A stretch of DNA of 64,000 nt from Intoshia linei (taxonomy: Eukaryota; Animalia; Orthonectida), in assembly GCA_001642005.1 (NCBI GenBank), contig LWCA01000035.1:6013-70012 (forward strand), read 5' to 3'. The notes under the pieces were generated by a model that was given only the letters and a program-made list of their open reading frames with translations, made no database searches and was not told where the DNA came from. Shown piece by piece: positions 18,100-33,700 of this stretch (positions are counted from its first letter, which is position 1; each line of letters starts with the position of its first letter). A program made the position numbers and the translations under genes.

Positions 18100-19456
18100 C
18101 TAAACTTAAATTATTTTTTGTAAATATTTGTATTTTAGACGTAATTATATGGTTTATTTACACATATCAATGAAATTTTAAGGCTACGACTAATATGAAA
18201 AGGATTAATTACAATTGCAACTAATTTATTAAAATAATTTACAGCTTTAATAAATATATATATATAATGAATAATAATGGAAATATCGATTCTGATAAAA
18301 ATGGATTACAACAATGACGTACAAAATCAAAAATCAATGTATTACACGAAAAATAGCTATATTTGTAAAATATAGTAATTAGCGTAATCTATCATATTTA
18401 AATTTTAATTCAAATGTACAATCAGTATAATAACAACAAAATATTTCGCTTTTATTGTACGTTTTTAATTTTTTCTGAAATTTGTCCAAACCTGTCACGT
18501 TTCTTTTCGTTGTACTGGTATAAGATACTAGTTTAACTGTTGTGTACTTGATGTAAACCTTATCTAGCTTATATACATATTTATCTATAGTAAATAACTG
18601 AATTTTAAAATGGCACGATCATATTTTTAGTTAAAGTAAATATTTTAATTTGACCAATATTACAAATAACTCTTTGTATGGAAAAAGCGCCGTGAGATTA
18701 AATGTTAAAATTTTCACTCCAAATTTGGTATATGTATTAGTGGATCCTATATTAATCATATCCAATTAAATAAATTAATTTTGATGTTAATTAAGAAATA
18801 TAGAAATTTGCTCACAAAAACGTTAAAAAAAAGCTAAATGTTTTAACGGTCATTTTTCCTAAAAATATATTTTCTAGTGGTTTTTAAGTACTCTCTTCAG
18901 CGTAGTATAAGGTATTTCCAATAAAAATAATTTTTAGTAAAAAACGAACAGCTCTAATAGGGATAAATTGAAAAATACTAAAATTTTAATACAAGAAATG
19001 AAGATTCTAAACAAAACCGATACAGGTTGTCGAAGATCATAGAAAAAAACATTCTAAAATCAGAATATGAAAAAAAATAAATTTTAGCCTGATCGGGACG
19101 AAAATTTTTTATAATTTTGAAATGTTTTTTGTGGTATGTTACTTATACAAAATAGGGATGGTATGCAAAATTAGTTTTTGAAATTCAAAAAAAAACTAAA
19201 ATATAAGTTTCCCGTTATTATGAACAAACTAAGGAAATTGAAAATGACTTGAAATATTCAGTAAAATTATAAATTTTTATCAAGGTTTCAAAAATGGTGT
19301 TAAGGTAAGGTAAATCAACTGTCATATTTTAATTTTGCAAATTCGATTTTATTCAATTATATAAATTGTTGTTTTCATATATAAATAATTTCCATTGCAA
19401 TGGTTTAAAAAATAAAAATCAATTTATTACATAAATAACTATACAATTAAACCAAT

Positions 19457-22400
19457 CTATACATTTGAATTTTCATTAAATGTAAAGTCAGTTAGAATTG
19501 GTACCATGATATCATCCATATTGGGCAATACTAAAACTTTCTAAAAAAAATTAGTTTTCAAATATTCAAGAATGTACCTGGAATTCTTCTAATAATTTTT
19601 TTTCAATCCAATCTGTTATTAATGAGGTGTTTACAACTCTTTGGCCAACCTTAGGCTTAGCTTTGAATAATATGTTAGGACATTGAAGAAATGAGTACCT
19701 AAAATCATATAAAAAATAAATTATATATTTTAAGATTTAAACGGATACAGAAAATATTATAAATGGAAAACTGTTTTAAGAGTTATAAATAGAAAAATAA
19801 AATAAATTATATCGCAGGGTTCCCATATCTTTTTAACCACTGAATTGTAATTTTTAATTAATTTTCTTTCGTGACACTACAAATATTCGAACAAACTAAT
19901 CAACATTGAAAAATGATGAAAGTGTATCATAAATATATTATTATATACCTGTAAATGTTTATGAATTTTAACACAGAAATTGCGTAAAAATTAAAAAAAT
20001 GATTCACTCGGATAAGGAAAATTATTATCATAAAAATATTAAAAAAATTATATTTGAAATAATGTTTAGTTTTCGATTCAATATAAATTATGAGATGAAA
20101 AGTTTCGTCAATACCATTACTTTTAAGGTTATTTTAAAGAAAGATTGTTTTTCTAAAATACCATATTCTGCAAGTAGGTGGAGGTGGTATATTTATCATA
20201 AGAACTCCATCAATACAATTGACTTCAACGTTGAGTCCTATACTTGTTTGAGATACACCCTCTATGGCCTTTTTAATAAACTTGTTATCGGTGGCAGTTT
20301 GAAAATATTTCGATTTAGCCACTTTGTCTACGATTCTCATAAACGTTTTTCTAAAAATATTATATCAAAAATATTTTATATTACTTTTCAAGTTGACTTT
20401 TCATCAACCCTGAATCTTCTTTACTTCCTCCCAAACTACTGCCAGGTCCAGACTCATCCTCAGAACTAGCATCTATTCCAAACTCTAAATCTTTTTGTAC
20501 ATTTTTAGATTCAAATTTTGTTTCTTCACACCTACATTTACTCTAATTTTAAAAGGAAATTTATTAATAAAATAACAAAATTAAAAGTATAATATAAAAC
20601 AGTTCAAATGTATTATTACTATCTGCAATTTATTGTTTGTAACACGGTTTATCACCCTAAAACGTGACCGTAAAGTGTCACTAAATAAAGTAAAGTCATA
20701 AACAAAAAATTATATTTGAGAAGACTTCATTATGATTTGAAATACTTGATGAATAGATATAGATTAATGGTTCTTCGCGACAGGCGAATTTAATTTTTCG
20801 GTAATCTTACCACAATAAAATTTTGTTATACAGTGGATCTTCTCAAAAGTGAGCAGTTTTATTTAAAAACATTAATGGATACAGCTTGGTAAAATGAATA
20901 AAAATAGTATTGATAATGATTTGATGATAAATCAAAATAAATGTTTACCTTGATAAAAATATTTTAAAATATTTTTTCATAGCTTTTTAGTTCCCGTCCT
21001 CTTAAATTATTAAAAAATATAATGCTAGGAATTTCTTTTTAACATTTCCTAAGTACTCTTTTTGTCGATTGCATTTATGTCTCCAAGATTTGAAATTATA
21101 TTATTCAATTGCGTGTCAATGTTGATATAGTTTTTACTATCAAAATCATAAAAACTAAATTTTCAGTTTTAGTTTCAATTTTTTTCATTTCCCAAAAATT
21201 TTCAAAACCCTTGAAAATGGCTGTGATAAATAATACATTACAAAAAAAATTACTAGACAAATTTCCAAATGTTATAATTATAAATAATGAATATTAACGG
21301 TTTCATATCCAATGATTCATATATAAATCATTCAAAAATTATACTAAAATTTCAAATACAAAAAAGTATTTAATTTCAAAAATCGAACCATATTTACTAA
21401 AAATCCAGTATTACCAACCCTAAAAAGAAAAAATCCAATTTTACCAACCCTTTAGGTAAAGTTCTATTTTTACCAACTATTGCATGCGATTCTAAAACAC
21501 GCTCTCTTATCATTTTGGGTATTGAATTAAATTGCTGGATGTAAACATGAAATTACATTTAGCTTCCAAAATTATAATTTTTAAGACAAGTTTTTTGCAT
21601 TATATAAAATGTTATTACCTTTACCCTTACTTAATTGAAAAAGTGTATATTTTATGTATTGTTTGGGTTACTCTGAATTTATATAAATGTATTTAATTAT
21701 TACTATTTATTTTTATTTAATTTATTTAACGCAAGGATTATAAAATTGCATCAAATATTTCATAAAAGATCAAAAATATTCCACTTTAAAAACTAATAAT
21801 TGTTCAAGTTTTAATAATAAATAAAAATGGAATTTTTCCTAAAGGGTTGATAAAACTGGATTTTTTCTTAAGGGTTGGTTTATGTATGGCTTTAAACTTA
21901 AGCTCTAGTACAAAATTTGATAATAAATAATTTTTTAAATGTTTTTGATATAAATTTCAAGTGGTTTTAAAAATAAAAAACAAGCAAAATCAATAAAATA
22001 AACAAATTTTTTTTAAAAAAATTAAAATAAAAAGGAAAAATGTGAAACCTTTAATAACTAGCAGGTTGGTAAATTTCCACATTACAAAAACTATCATTTC
22101 TAGATAAATATTTTTTACACTTACATTTATTTCACACTTCAAGCTAAATTTCAGCTGAAACAAGTTAAAAATGTAAAACAAGCCTCAAAATTTATACAAA
22201 TTTCGTTTTTTAATAATAATGCATGTTTTGTTTAATATTTTATATCTATAATTTAGATATTCAATAGACGATTAATAATATTATATTATTAAAAATAGAC
22301 ACTTTGTACTGATATATTATACCTTCAAAAAATTTGACATTTGATAGTCAGTAGAGAGTTCAGTGAAAAAATATCATTTTTAATGAGCATTATGTCGATT

Positions 22401-25012
22401 TTATCGATTCAAATACAATTAATCATCAAATAAAGTAATTTAGAACCACTCTTTTACCACTTTGAAATAATAATATAAGAAGACACAACAAATTAAATAA
22501 AAATAAGATTATCTGATGAAAAAATAATAACAATTTAATTAAGTAACCACAACCATAAATGTTTCTATCAGTACAAAAAGTAAAAACTCTACCAGGTTCG
22601 AGGCTCTTCAAATACAAAATTTTAAATATAATGTAAATAAATAAAGATATTACTAATATCATAGTTAACTTATGTCTTTTTATGGTATGAACAAAAAAAT
22701 AGTTTGTTTAAAAAATTTTTAAAATTTCAAAATATAATAAATTATATGGTTAAAATATTATAAAACCTTACATAAAGCAATATAAACATAAAAATACTTT
22801 TCTGATTCACTTTGTCCATATTTTTTTAGTTTTAACAAGTTTATTTTGGTTTCTAATTCCATATTAAATCCACCACTGTATTCAATTTCGACAGAAATCC
22901 AGAGCCCTTGATCGTTAATTTGAGGAAAGTGTAACTTTCTGACTATAGGAACATTATTTCCAAGGTTTATTTTGTTGACAGCCAAGTTATCAATAAAAAA
23001 TGGGACCTAAATAAAAATAAATAATTATTTTAAATTAAACATACACGTAAAACGGATAACTTGTTTTCGATTCTTTTCTTTATATCATTTGTCCAATAAG
23101 GATTTCGAAAGAGATCCCAAAAAATACGTGTTATTATGGAATTAATGGCAGGCAAATGTCGTTGTCCTCCAATACCTGAACGACTAAGTTTCATGGTTTT
23201 AAGCATATGGTTATTGTACATTTTTTTAAAATAATCTGTAAGGTGTGGTATTTTAGGATAAACTCTAAGTTCATACAAAAGATCATCTGATACATCAACC
23301 CAATCATCTAAATCCTCTTGGATAATTTCAGATTTGTATATGCCATAACTAATTCGTCTGAACCAATCTTCCTTTTGTCGATCAGTGCGGCCAAATAGAT
23401 ACACGTGTTCAGTAATATACTTAGAACCGGAGTTTAGAGATAGTTCATCAATTAAAATTTCTTGGTCAAAATCAGCTGCAAGTGATGAACATCTTTTTAT
23501 TTTATATTTTTTAAATTTTTTTTCAGAATTGACATTTATTAAATCTGGTTCAGTTTCAGTTGTAGCGGTAAAGGTGGGATTTAATTTAGTTAATGAATTT
23601 GACAGCTTAGAATTTTGATTTTCAGCGTCTTTTAAATAATTTTCATTTTCTATATAATAGGTTAATTTCAAAGGATATTTTCTATTCCAAAGATGACGTT
23701 TAGGAATATTTTTGGGGATAATTTCAATGGTTGAATTGTGCTCAAAATTGGTAAAATAAATTTTTTTTACATCGATAAATTCAATGTCTTCTGGAATAAC
23801 ATCATTCCAAAGACTTTTATGTAACACTGGTTTATTGGGATACTTTAGAAACATATAATCCAAATATAATTCAACATAAACAGTATTTGTGTCATTTAGG
23901 TGAAACGATGTATTATCAGCATAATCTTCAGAAATATTGACCCAACCTTGAAAAATATTTGAGTTTTTATAATGAGGAAAAGTTCCAGACGTATCAGATA
24001 ACATTTGGTTAGTAGTTTTGTAATCTCCATAAGAATTTTTCCAAATGTAATGTCGAAAAATTTTAAAAAAGAGGTACACGAGGCAGGAAAACAATTGACT
24101 AAAAATGAAACCATAAACAAATCCAGGAAGAATATTATAAAATCTGTAACAATACAAGGTAATAACAATAATCATAATAATTGAAGCGGACGCAGCTTCA
24201 TTCATGGAAACCCCAATTTTCTTATTGACTAAATTTATATTAAAGAATGATGGTAGGTTTGGTTGATTTCCATTATTAGCAGCTAATTCATGGTCAAGTA
24301 CATTTTTGATGTTAATCTTTTCCTTGGTCTTTTTTATAATTGGTGCATCTTTTTGACGTTGATAATTGTCAATAAGAGTTTGGTTGTGTATATGTGCTAA
24401 AGCATTTCCATCATATGCATTTTCCATAGTTCTTACATGATAATTATCATTGAAACTGGCATTGTAAAAATTTTTGGAAAGACTTATTTCATGTTCATTC
24501 AAAAGTTTGACTTTTTTTAGGTTCGGTACTTGGGAAGATTGTCCATGGTTCATATACTTATTTTTAACAATACGTTTGAATTTTTGAGCATGTGATTCTT
24601 TGGGAGTTGGTTTAATAACTTTGACAGCAACATCAGCATCATCGTTGACTTCTTGCTTGCCATAAATGTCATTGTCCACGTCAGTGTCCAACAAACCATG
24701 CGTGTCTTCAGCTATTAGTTTACCGGAATGTAATTTTTTATGGATTTTGGAGTATATCCCTGAAAAAACACTAGCTTTTTTAAGTCCCATGTTTTGCTTG
24801 AAATTGATTGAAGAATCATTAGTGTAATTTTTTATATATTCAGAAATATTGTCCAAATTTGAAGGCTTTTTAATTCTTGAAATTTTCTGATTTGATAAAA
24901 AATCTAAACGTTTATCAATATCGTTAGAACAATTCAATATATCTTGCTCTTCGGTTTCATCATTATTAAAATCATCTAATTCGATAGGTTTTTTCTTCAT
25001 AGCATCCGACAT
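19457..25012 (-). CDS. TEX2: TEX2 (two TM, PH-like and SMP lipid-transfer domains)
   Basis: 2-kb first exon with a TM hairpin and HLWNRKYPL, YLFGRTDRQKEDWFRR, RIFWDLFRNPYW..IENKLS. Downstream exons give LWISVEIEYSGGF..ETKINLLKLK, RIVDKVAKSKYFQTAT, NIPPPPT.RIW and LVLPNMDDI. Confidence 0.92.
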
Positions 25013-25646
25013 AAAATCAATACAGTCCGTCAATTTATATTAATAAACTTGAATACAATCCAATAATTATAATACTAAATATAATTTTAAATTTAGTTGG
25101 GTCAACATCAATGTCTAATAAATACATTTTCTGTTTTTATAGAAATCATTTTCAATAAATTGTCGTTTGAGCTATTTTTATAAACTAAACAGACCTGGAA
25201 ATTAAATTAATCTTACATTGTGTTATACAATAGTAAATGAGTTTGCTTACTACATATATAAATTATATATTTTTGTTTGTACGATAATTAGGTAAGTAGT
25301 TAGTAGAATAAAACCAAGTAACGAATATGTTGCAGAATTAATTTATATATTTTGACGATCAAAATTTAATTATAGATCCATTGTCAACGTAAATGTATTC
25401 AAATTTGTGTAGAATTTATACAGTAGAAATCATGATGTGTATCTAACTATTTATACAATGATTGCAATATTTTTTACATAATATTTGTTATTGTTTATAT
25501 ACACTGTATTATACTTATTGATTGACAAAATATCATATGTGCCGGACCGTGGAGGGCTGGCAGTAGGTTCAACCATATGGAAATTATAAGCCTATATAAA
25601 AAAATGGGACCTATATAGTATAGATACTATTATACATAGTCTATAC

Positions 25647-26143
25647 CAGTGTTTCTCAACCTTTTTTACTGCGCGAAACCCTTATGAAATTTCAAAAAAT
25701 CGCAGCACCTAAAAGTATGATCAAAATTTTTTTTCGCATGTCACATATATAAAAAAATTTGATTTTTAATTAAAAAATTAATAACACACGGAATTTAGCC
25801 GGTAAAACCATTTGCCTCACTAACACAACGAAGAAGCATCCAGACCCGTGAGAGATAACTTTTTAGTGAAATATCATTATAAAGAGGTAAGTAACTTATT
25901 TCAAGAGAGTTAGGCCAGTAAAAACCCACCTTCTTTACAATATTTCTCATAAAGATAATCTGAATTATTATTACTTTTTAACATCATTTTTCAGGTTCCT
26001 ATACTCACAACGTATAATACTTTTATTAAAACTTATTTGATTTAAATTTGAGAAATGATGTTGTTTCATTGCATACAACAGTAATTTAGAAAAACTTTAA
26101 ATTGAAAAATATCGCATTTATATTTACGGGTTGAGAACCACTG
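25647..26143. mobile_element. hAT Charlie/Buster-like MITE nested in an older MITE
   Basis: TIR CAGTGTTTCTCAACC / GGTTGAGAACCACTG with a perfect 8-bp TSD GTCTATAC. Confidence 0.88.
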
Positions 26144-26918
26144 GTCTATACATTGCTTAATCGATCGTTCATTATCTAAAAATTTAAAATAACCGTTGCA
26201 AATCGCAATGGTCATCGAAATTTTGGTATACTTAAGAAATTTCCCAACATTACCTCATTATTATTTGCATTAATAAATTAAATTGTACTAAAATTGGCTT
26301 ATTAATAATTATAATCATTTTAATATTGAATTTTGAGATGGCCCTGGATTTTACCTTGTTGAATATACTAGAACTGTTTCTGTTTAGCTAAAAATGAAAT
26401 GTATCATGTGTACATTTTCAAAAACGGGTCAGTAGAATTAATTGATATAAAAAAGTGGCCCACGGCATGCAAACTGTTTCCGATCCTGATGTATACCCAA
26501 ATCAATTGAAACAATAAATGAAAAATACAGCTGTTACCTCATTTTAATATATTTGTATCAGTTTTGATGTCAAACAAGTCTAATGTTTTACATGTGTGAC
26601 TTTCCAAAGAAAATCTTAAACAACAGTAAAACCAAACCAATATAAAAGGTTTCAAATTGTATACTTATTATAATACCATATTTGTACTTTCAATCGCGCC
26701 ATAGTGGAGAAAGATTGAGAAGCACTGATCTACGGTCCATAATTAGCTATATATTAGATGGTATTTATCCAATGGCGGTAAAATATAATACATAATAATA
26801 AAAGTACGAATATAAAAATGAATGAAATTTCAATGCATTCATAAAATGTACGCAATAATGCAGATGATGATTTTGTTAGACTTTATTGCATGTTACCATA
26901 CTTTAAATTAAAACTGAA

Positions 26919-29900
26919 ATGAGTTCATCGAATCGACGCGATAGATCTTTATCGTTAGACGAGGCAGTACATTGCGTAGATTTGCTAGACGAATACGTAT
27001 ATGAAGAAAATACAATGTTGGCAGACAACATGTCAAATTTACCGATTCACTATATATACGACGTAGATTGCAATTTTGAAGATAAAAACGCATATGTATC
27101 AACCATGTCCAAAATTTTGGAAGAATTATCTTTAAGTGAAAAATTAAATCAATGTCAACAAGAATATGACGAACTGGCTGCAATAATATACCAATGGCGT
27201 CCAATTTGTCGTTCTCTACCTTCCACAGTAGACATGACTCGAGAAATGGATGAATCACTGTGTAAAACAATCATAGAAATCTACACACCACATATTCAGC
27301 AATTATATAGATATAAAAAATTTACTATAATGGCCACCGAATTATTTGTTGTAGAAATTTCAACTTTTTTGAAAAGGGATAAAAAGGTATTTGTATCCAG
27401 CTATTTTGCAACAACCTTCATCAAATACATGGCCATGCTGATAACGTTAGATTACATCAAAATGTCGACTACGAGCATAAAAAACGACTTTTCAGCGTAT
27501 AAACGCGCTTATCAATCTATGAATATTGCCAACAGCAAGGTAGGATCGGAAGAATCATTCATAATGTCTCTGTATTTAGCAAAAAATAACAACATTAGAG
27601 AAGATTTGATTAAATCATTGAAAGACGTCGAGGGGCACCAGGATTTGTTTTCGACAATCATTGCAATTTGCACTAATCGCTTGGAAAAGGAAGAGTATTT
27701 ATTAATTTCTGAAAAGCACATGTACATGATGGTAATTGGCTGGTGTCTTTACATTATTGACAGCCCTACCTGGAACATTTATAAATTGGAATATAAAAAA
27801 GAATACAATTTGACTAAAATTGATAAACTATTCAAAAAAACTCAAGTAATTTCCATTTATGTAGATATCCCTTTGTCAACTTTCGACATTATTAAAGAAA
27901 CTCATAACTATGATTCGCTCAAATGGCCAAATTGTAATTCTTCCAACACTAGCGCCCAATCTGTCATACTTTTGGAAATTTGTAATTTAAGAAATATATA
28001 CTGTGACTACATAGAAAGAATAGCCATTTTTAATAATTCAATTATTACTAGCCAAAAAAATTTTTATTTCCATAAAACTGAAAGTGAAAAAATATATAAT
28101 TTTGCCATTAATGCTCTAAAAATTATGACTAAATTAAAAATTACCTACATTGAAGCATATCTGTGGAAAATGCTCAATCCTACAGATCACCATCAAAACG
28201 AAAATTGTCCTGCTGATGCACAACACTATGAAAGGGCTACACGTTTCAATTATACTTATCAAGAGAAATCCACCATTGTTGAAATTGTTGCAATGATTAA
28301 GGGTCTTCAAAATACACTTTCAAGGATAGAAAGTATTATTATGGATGGCATAAAACGGCATATTTATATCATTTCGCAATTATTTTTACAAAGAAACTTG
28401 ACGGACACGATAAAACGCGCGGTTAAATCAAAAAAAGATGTTTTAAAGTATTTTTTTATATCTGCCCACAATGCATGCACTGATCCAAAAAATAACAATG
28501 ACGAATCTGGTAGAGAGGATGATTTTCAAAGTAATTTATGTGACAGGGATTGTACTTTATCAAACACCCAGTTATACATACTGCGTACTTTAATGGAAGT
28601 AATAGTGGATGACCGAAACCCGAAAAAGAACATGAGAAAATATTTAGATTCTGCATCAATTGGTATAATTGAATCTTTCTTAAAACAATCCAAACACTGG
28701 GGTGATTTATTAAATTTTTCAAAACTTTTGAGGGTTTGTGGAGATTTATCTTTGCCTTGGTACAGAGAATTTTTTTTACAAGCCACGGCAACTAAAACTA
28801 AACAATTTCCCATTGAAATGTCGATTCCGTGGATTATGATTGATCACGTCCTTGAGTCCAAAGACAGTTCACTCTTGGAATACTGCTTGTATTCACTTGA
28901 AGTATACAACGACGTTGCCAATTTAGCTCTCAACCAACTCAGGTGCTCCTATTTATATGACGAAATAGAGGCAGAATTTAATATTTGCTTTACCCTTTTT
29001 ATTACCAAACTAAGCGAACAAATGTTTAGATACTATAAACATTGGGCATCCAGTATTATCTTGTGCAAAAAATTTAGATCCGAGTGTGCGAAACGGGGAA
29101 CAACAATTCCCTTTCCTCGTCATAGTAGATTTGATAAACTACTAAAATTAGACAACATGTGCTTACTTGGCAGACACGTCAGTTTGAAATATTTGATATC
29201 CCTACAAATTAATGCTGCATTTCTAAAATCGTTGGACACTGCAATCAGTCGGTATGAATCGTCCCCTTTAACTAGGATTATTGAACTGGAAAACCTAATT
29301 GAAGCAAACCTTCTTACACACAAAATAATTTCAAAATGCGTAAACTTGACAAGCTTTGAAAATCTTTTGAGTGAAGCTGATCAAAATGTAGTCTTGCCGT
29401 ATGGCAGAATTTTGTCTCATACTTTTATGGAAATATCCGAAGACCTCATCCCAAAATACTGTTATAATGAATCAACCAACCGTTTTGTAAAAGGAAAAAT
29501 AGATTTCTGCAAACCAACCGTACGCGAAAAATGTGCTAATGTTTCAAATCAGTATATATGGGGAACCAAAGCTCTCACAATTTCGTATAATGGAATATTT
29601 GGTTTATTTTCAGAATTTGTTGGTGTCGATGTTTTTCAGAGTATTGTTGTATTGTTAAAATACAGTGGCATTGCCGTACTTGTAGAACAACTGCTCTGTT
29701 TTTGTCAAGATATAATTCAGTTGAAATTGGCTGATATTTTAAAAGACATGTCAAAAGTAATGCCATTAACAGTTAAAATGCCTTATGACAATTATGGATC
29801 AAGTGGAATATTTACTCATTACTTATCTAGATTGAAAAACTTTTCTAGATTTCCCAATATGAAAACGGTCGTGTTGCAAATATTTAGAGAACTGGGAAAT

Positions 29901-30772
29901 GCCATTATAGTTTGTTCCATACTGGAACAATGTCTATCCCAAATCGAAATAAGCTCTCTTTATCAAGCTGGTCCATTTATCAACAACTTACCAAAATGTG
30001 TCATTAGAGCTGTACATGATATTCGCCAAGACGGTTATTATGAAAAAAGCAATAGTCGTGTCAAAGTAAAAAACCTCAAAAACATTGTTTCAACTTTCAA
30101 TTCCATGAATATCATGAACATTATAAAAAATTCCCAATATGAGGAATATGCAAAAATAGCAGATGAAATACAGACTTTTATGAATGTAAAATTGTACTGT
30201 GGCCTTTCACTCAATATTAGGTTTCTGTTAAAATTAAAAGGATGTGTAGAAGAATCGTTTGTATCGGGTAGTGGTATGTATTCGACAGGTATCTTGAGTG
30301 CAGCTGATTGCAACCAATTTCACAGGTACTGGAGTGCCATTCAATTTATATTTTGTATGCCACCACGAGATGATGAAACAAAAATTGAGTTTATTTTTTG
30401 ATTTCATAAATAATTTTACTTAGAGAATTATTTGGAGTTGGGTTTCAATGGGCAGCCTGTACTATTATTCACCTTTTGGATCAACAGAACCGATTTAATG
30501 CAACTGATTTTTCGTACCATTTACTCAGCATATACAGTTCTGATAAAGAAATTAATGCTAACGTCGTAATTTAATTAATTAATTTTAATATTTACCTTTT
30601 TTAGAATCTAGGGAAAATGTGCGCAAGAATAAAGAGGTTTAAAAAAATTAATGACATTATATTCAATCGCCTATCAACTTATAAAATCCAAAGTTATAAT
30701 GAAGAAACTGATTCAAAAAAGTTTAAAGTGAGAACTTTTCCTGCAAAAACCTGGCCATTAAACATTAATTAA
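26919..30772 (+). CDS. CYFIP: Cytoplasmic FMR1-interacting protein (Sra-1, WAVE complex)
   Basis: SIKNDFSAYKRA, CPADAQHYERATRFNY, WYREFFL, QFPIEMSIPWI and FHRYWSAIQF. Exons are 26919-30388, 30424-about 30565 and 30605-30772. Confidence 0.96.
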
Positions 30773-30787
30773 TCAATTTATTTTTAA

Positions 30788-33700
30788 TTATGCCAAAATA
30801 TTCAAATATCGATCTAGAGTTTCTCGATAGTTCACATCTCGCATTGTAAGCACAACTGTATTAAGTCGAAATTCATCCTAAATGTATAATTCAAAGGATA
30901 AACATAATCCTTGTGATTTAAATTGATGTAACAAACAATAAGTTAAGGGTACCCAAAAATACATGATATATGAATCTTTCAAAATTCTTTTTCATTTCAA
31001 TAATATATAAAATTGCAAAAGGTTGTAAATTATACCTGATAAGATTCCATTCTCAATCTAAGCTTAAAATTGTATTCCTTATTCAAAGCTCGTTGAAAAT
31101 ATCCATTAAATTCAGATTGTTCTTCCTATATATAAAATGATTAAAGTTGAATGCTTAATCAAGGAGACGTATAATACTTTATGCATTTTATTTAATTTTT
31201 TAAAGATGAAGAATGCTATACTATTTGAAAACCCTGTAAAAAAAACGTATTTCACCAATCATTTGGGTGAACACTGGGTTCTTTTAGAAATTTAAGTTTT
31301 CAAAAATCACTGAAACACTGTTCGTTGGAGGATTTTATATAAAAATGTGTTTTTAAAAAATTCTAAAAAGTATTCTACACCCACAAAAAAGTAAATAAAA
31401 TCACACGACCCAAAAATATAGAAAACCCTAAAGAATTGGTTCCCGATTTGGGGTCCCTGGGGTCGAAAACTATATACCTTGATGTCCGTGATATTCAAAT
31501 AAAATATAAAAAAATTTTATCAACTTTTGTTTAATTATAGAACTTTTAATATTTATTACAGAGTTCCCAGAAGTTATGAATTTACCCTAAACCTTAGACG
31601 ACCGCTACATTATTATTTAAAAAATCTCACCATTAATAAAAAATACCATTTAAAACCCTCAGGGAAAAATCGACTTTTACCGATATTTTTTTGAATAATC
31701 CAAATAATCTTATGAGCAATAACTTCTTAACCCAAAATAAAAAATCCAATTTTACCAAATATGAACAAAAAACCTTTAATTTTTTCATAAATGTTATATA
31801 TTTTATGTTTCCTTTGGGGTACAAAAAAATAAATATTTTAAAATGGGGGTCCGCATACTATTTGAATCGGTAACAGTGTCCTAGAGCCTGGTTTACAATG
31901 CATTAAATAGAAAATATAATTATCAAAACGAGGTGAGGTGGGTTATTTATCTAAACGGACACAAAAACTTGAATACCGCTAGTTTAGAAGAAAATTTAAT
32001 TTAATTAAATTTTGATTTGACGTGTAAAAGTAGTGACATACTAGGATTAAACGTTCAATTTCTAATTTTTAGCATTTAAAATATAGTTGAATCAATAATT
32101 TTTTAAATATACAGCATCGTCTATATTGAGTTTCCCTAATACGCTGGCCTTGCACTCCATTAGCATTTCAGCTGATTCTCGAAACATTCGTGCCCAAATA
32201 CTTCCAGTGTGATCCATCAAATTAACATTAAGCAAGTAACAATAATCGAAGCTATCATATTCCTTATCACATTTTTCGCATCGATACTGACCTTGATCTA
32301 ATTCTGTAACTTTCTTCATACAATCAGTAGCCGGGCAAGACTAATAATAAAAGTATAAACATTTTAATAAAAAAATAAACTTACTAACCTTATAAAATGC
32401 ATTTTCATCTCGAACAATCGAAACAGTACAAACCACATTAACATATTCAGTTTTTTGAGTGTTTGATAGAGTAAGAATTTTATCGATAGTATGATAATTG
32501 TCCGCAAATGATTCTATAAAAGTGAATATAAAAATTTACTTAAATTAAAATACGATTTTCTGATGAAAAATCAACAAAAGTTGTTGTAGAACCAACCTCA
32601 TCGTACCATTGCTTTAACGATTTTGCTTCAGGGATATCATCATCAAATGAAATAGTAGAATTAAAAGATCCTGATATTGATCTACCTGAAAATAAATAAA
32701 TTATAATGTATACATAAATATAGGGTTGCCAACTGCCAAAATGATTGAAGAAAGTGTTTTTTCTGTATCTACTATTAAACTAAATTCTCACCATTACTTT
32801 AAAATACAAGTTAAATTTAACAGTTACGCTTATGTAACATAATTGTAAATTTAAGTAGAATATAAAATATGTAGGTTTGGTTTTTTATAATTATTAAGTG
32901 TAATCTAATAAAGGCTAAGTAACCCGCGAGATATTCTTATCAGGTCCGCAATAAATATTATAATTTATTTTAAGTAATATTTTCGTCGTTATTCAATGGT
33001 TATAAATATTATTTGTATTTCTAAAACTTGAGACTTCATAACCACTCAGCTTTTTTAAAGAATTTAAAATAAAGGACAGTTCACAACCCTACATAAAAAC
33101 TTACCTCCAAAGTCAGATAATTTAGCTGCTCTAATAATTATAATGTCGCCGGTTTGTGATGAAAAGTTTTTAGCCTAATTGTGTGTAAAAATAAAAAAAT
33201 AATAAATGTACATCTTCTCCCCATATAGTGCATTTTAAATTATAATTTGTATCATCCACCAATATCAAATCTCTTTTAGTCAATTCCTTTCCATTTTTGC
33301 TAGTCAAAGATACACAGTCGTTAATATTGTGAATAATTCCAATTACATCTAATGAAATTAAAAAAACAATTAAATTAATTAAATATATGAACCATGATGA
33401 GTATTTGCTTCATTGTTGAGTAAATTTCCAAAGGAAATAAAATTATAGGTGATGAGAGGGCACTTGGATGATTCAGCATCATCGACAGCGAGTAATTCAG
33501 TTTTATCATTAAAAGTAATTTCGTAATCGTTGGCTAAATTTGAAAATTTTTTGTTGGCAGGTCTGACAGCGGCTTTAGTAATGGTAAATACCTATACATT
33601 TATATTTTAGAAAAAGGAACAAGTAAGCAATTACTTTATTGACTTGAACAGTGTCAAAATACTTATCTGTTGGTTTAGTGAAACAGGTACATCGAATTTC

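Noticed and set aside
19999-30313. Antisense/shadow ORFs over TEX2 and CYFIP (e.g. 19999-20469, 26908-27270, 28456-28813)
   Set aside because: They overlap conserved genes on the opposite strand and have no recognisable motifs.
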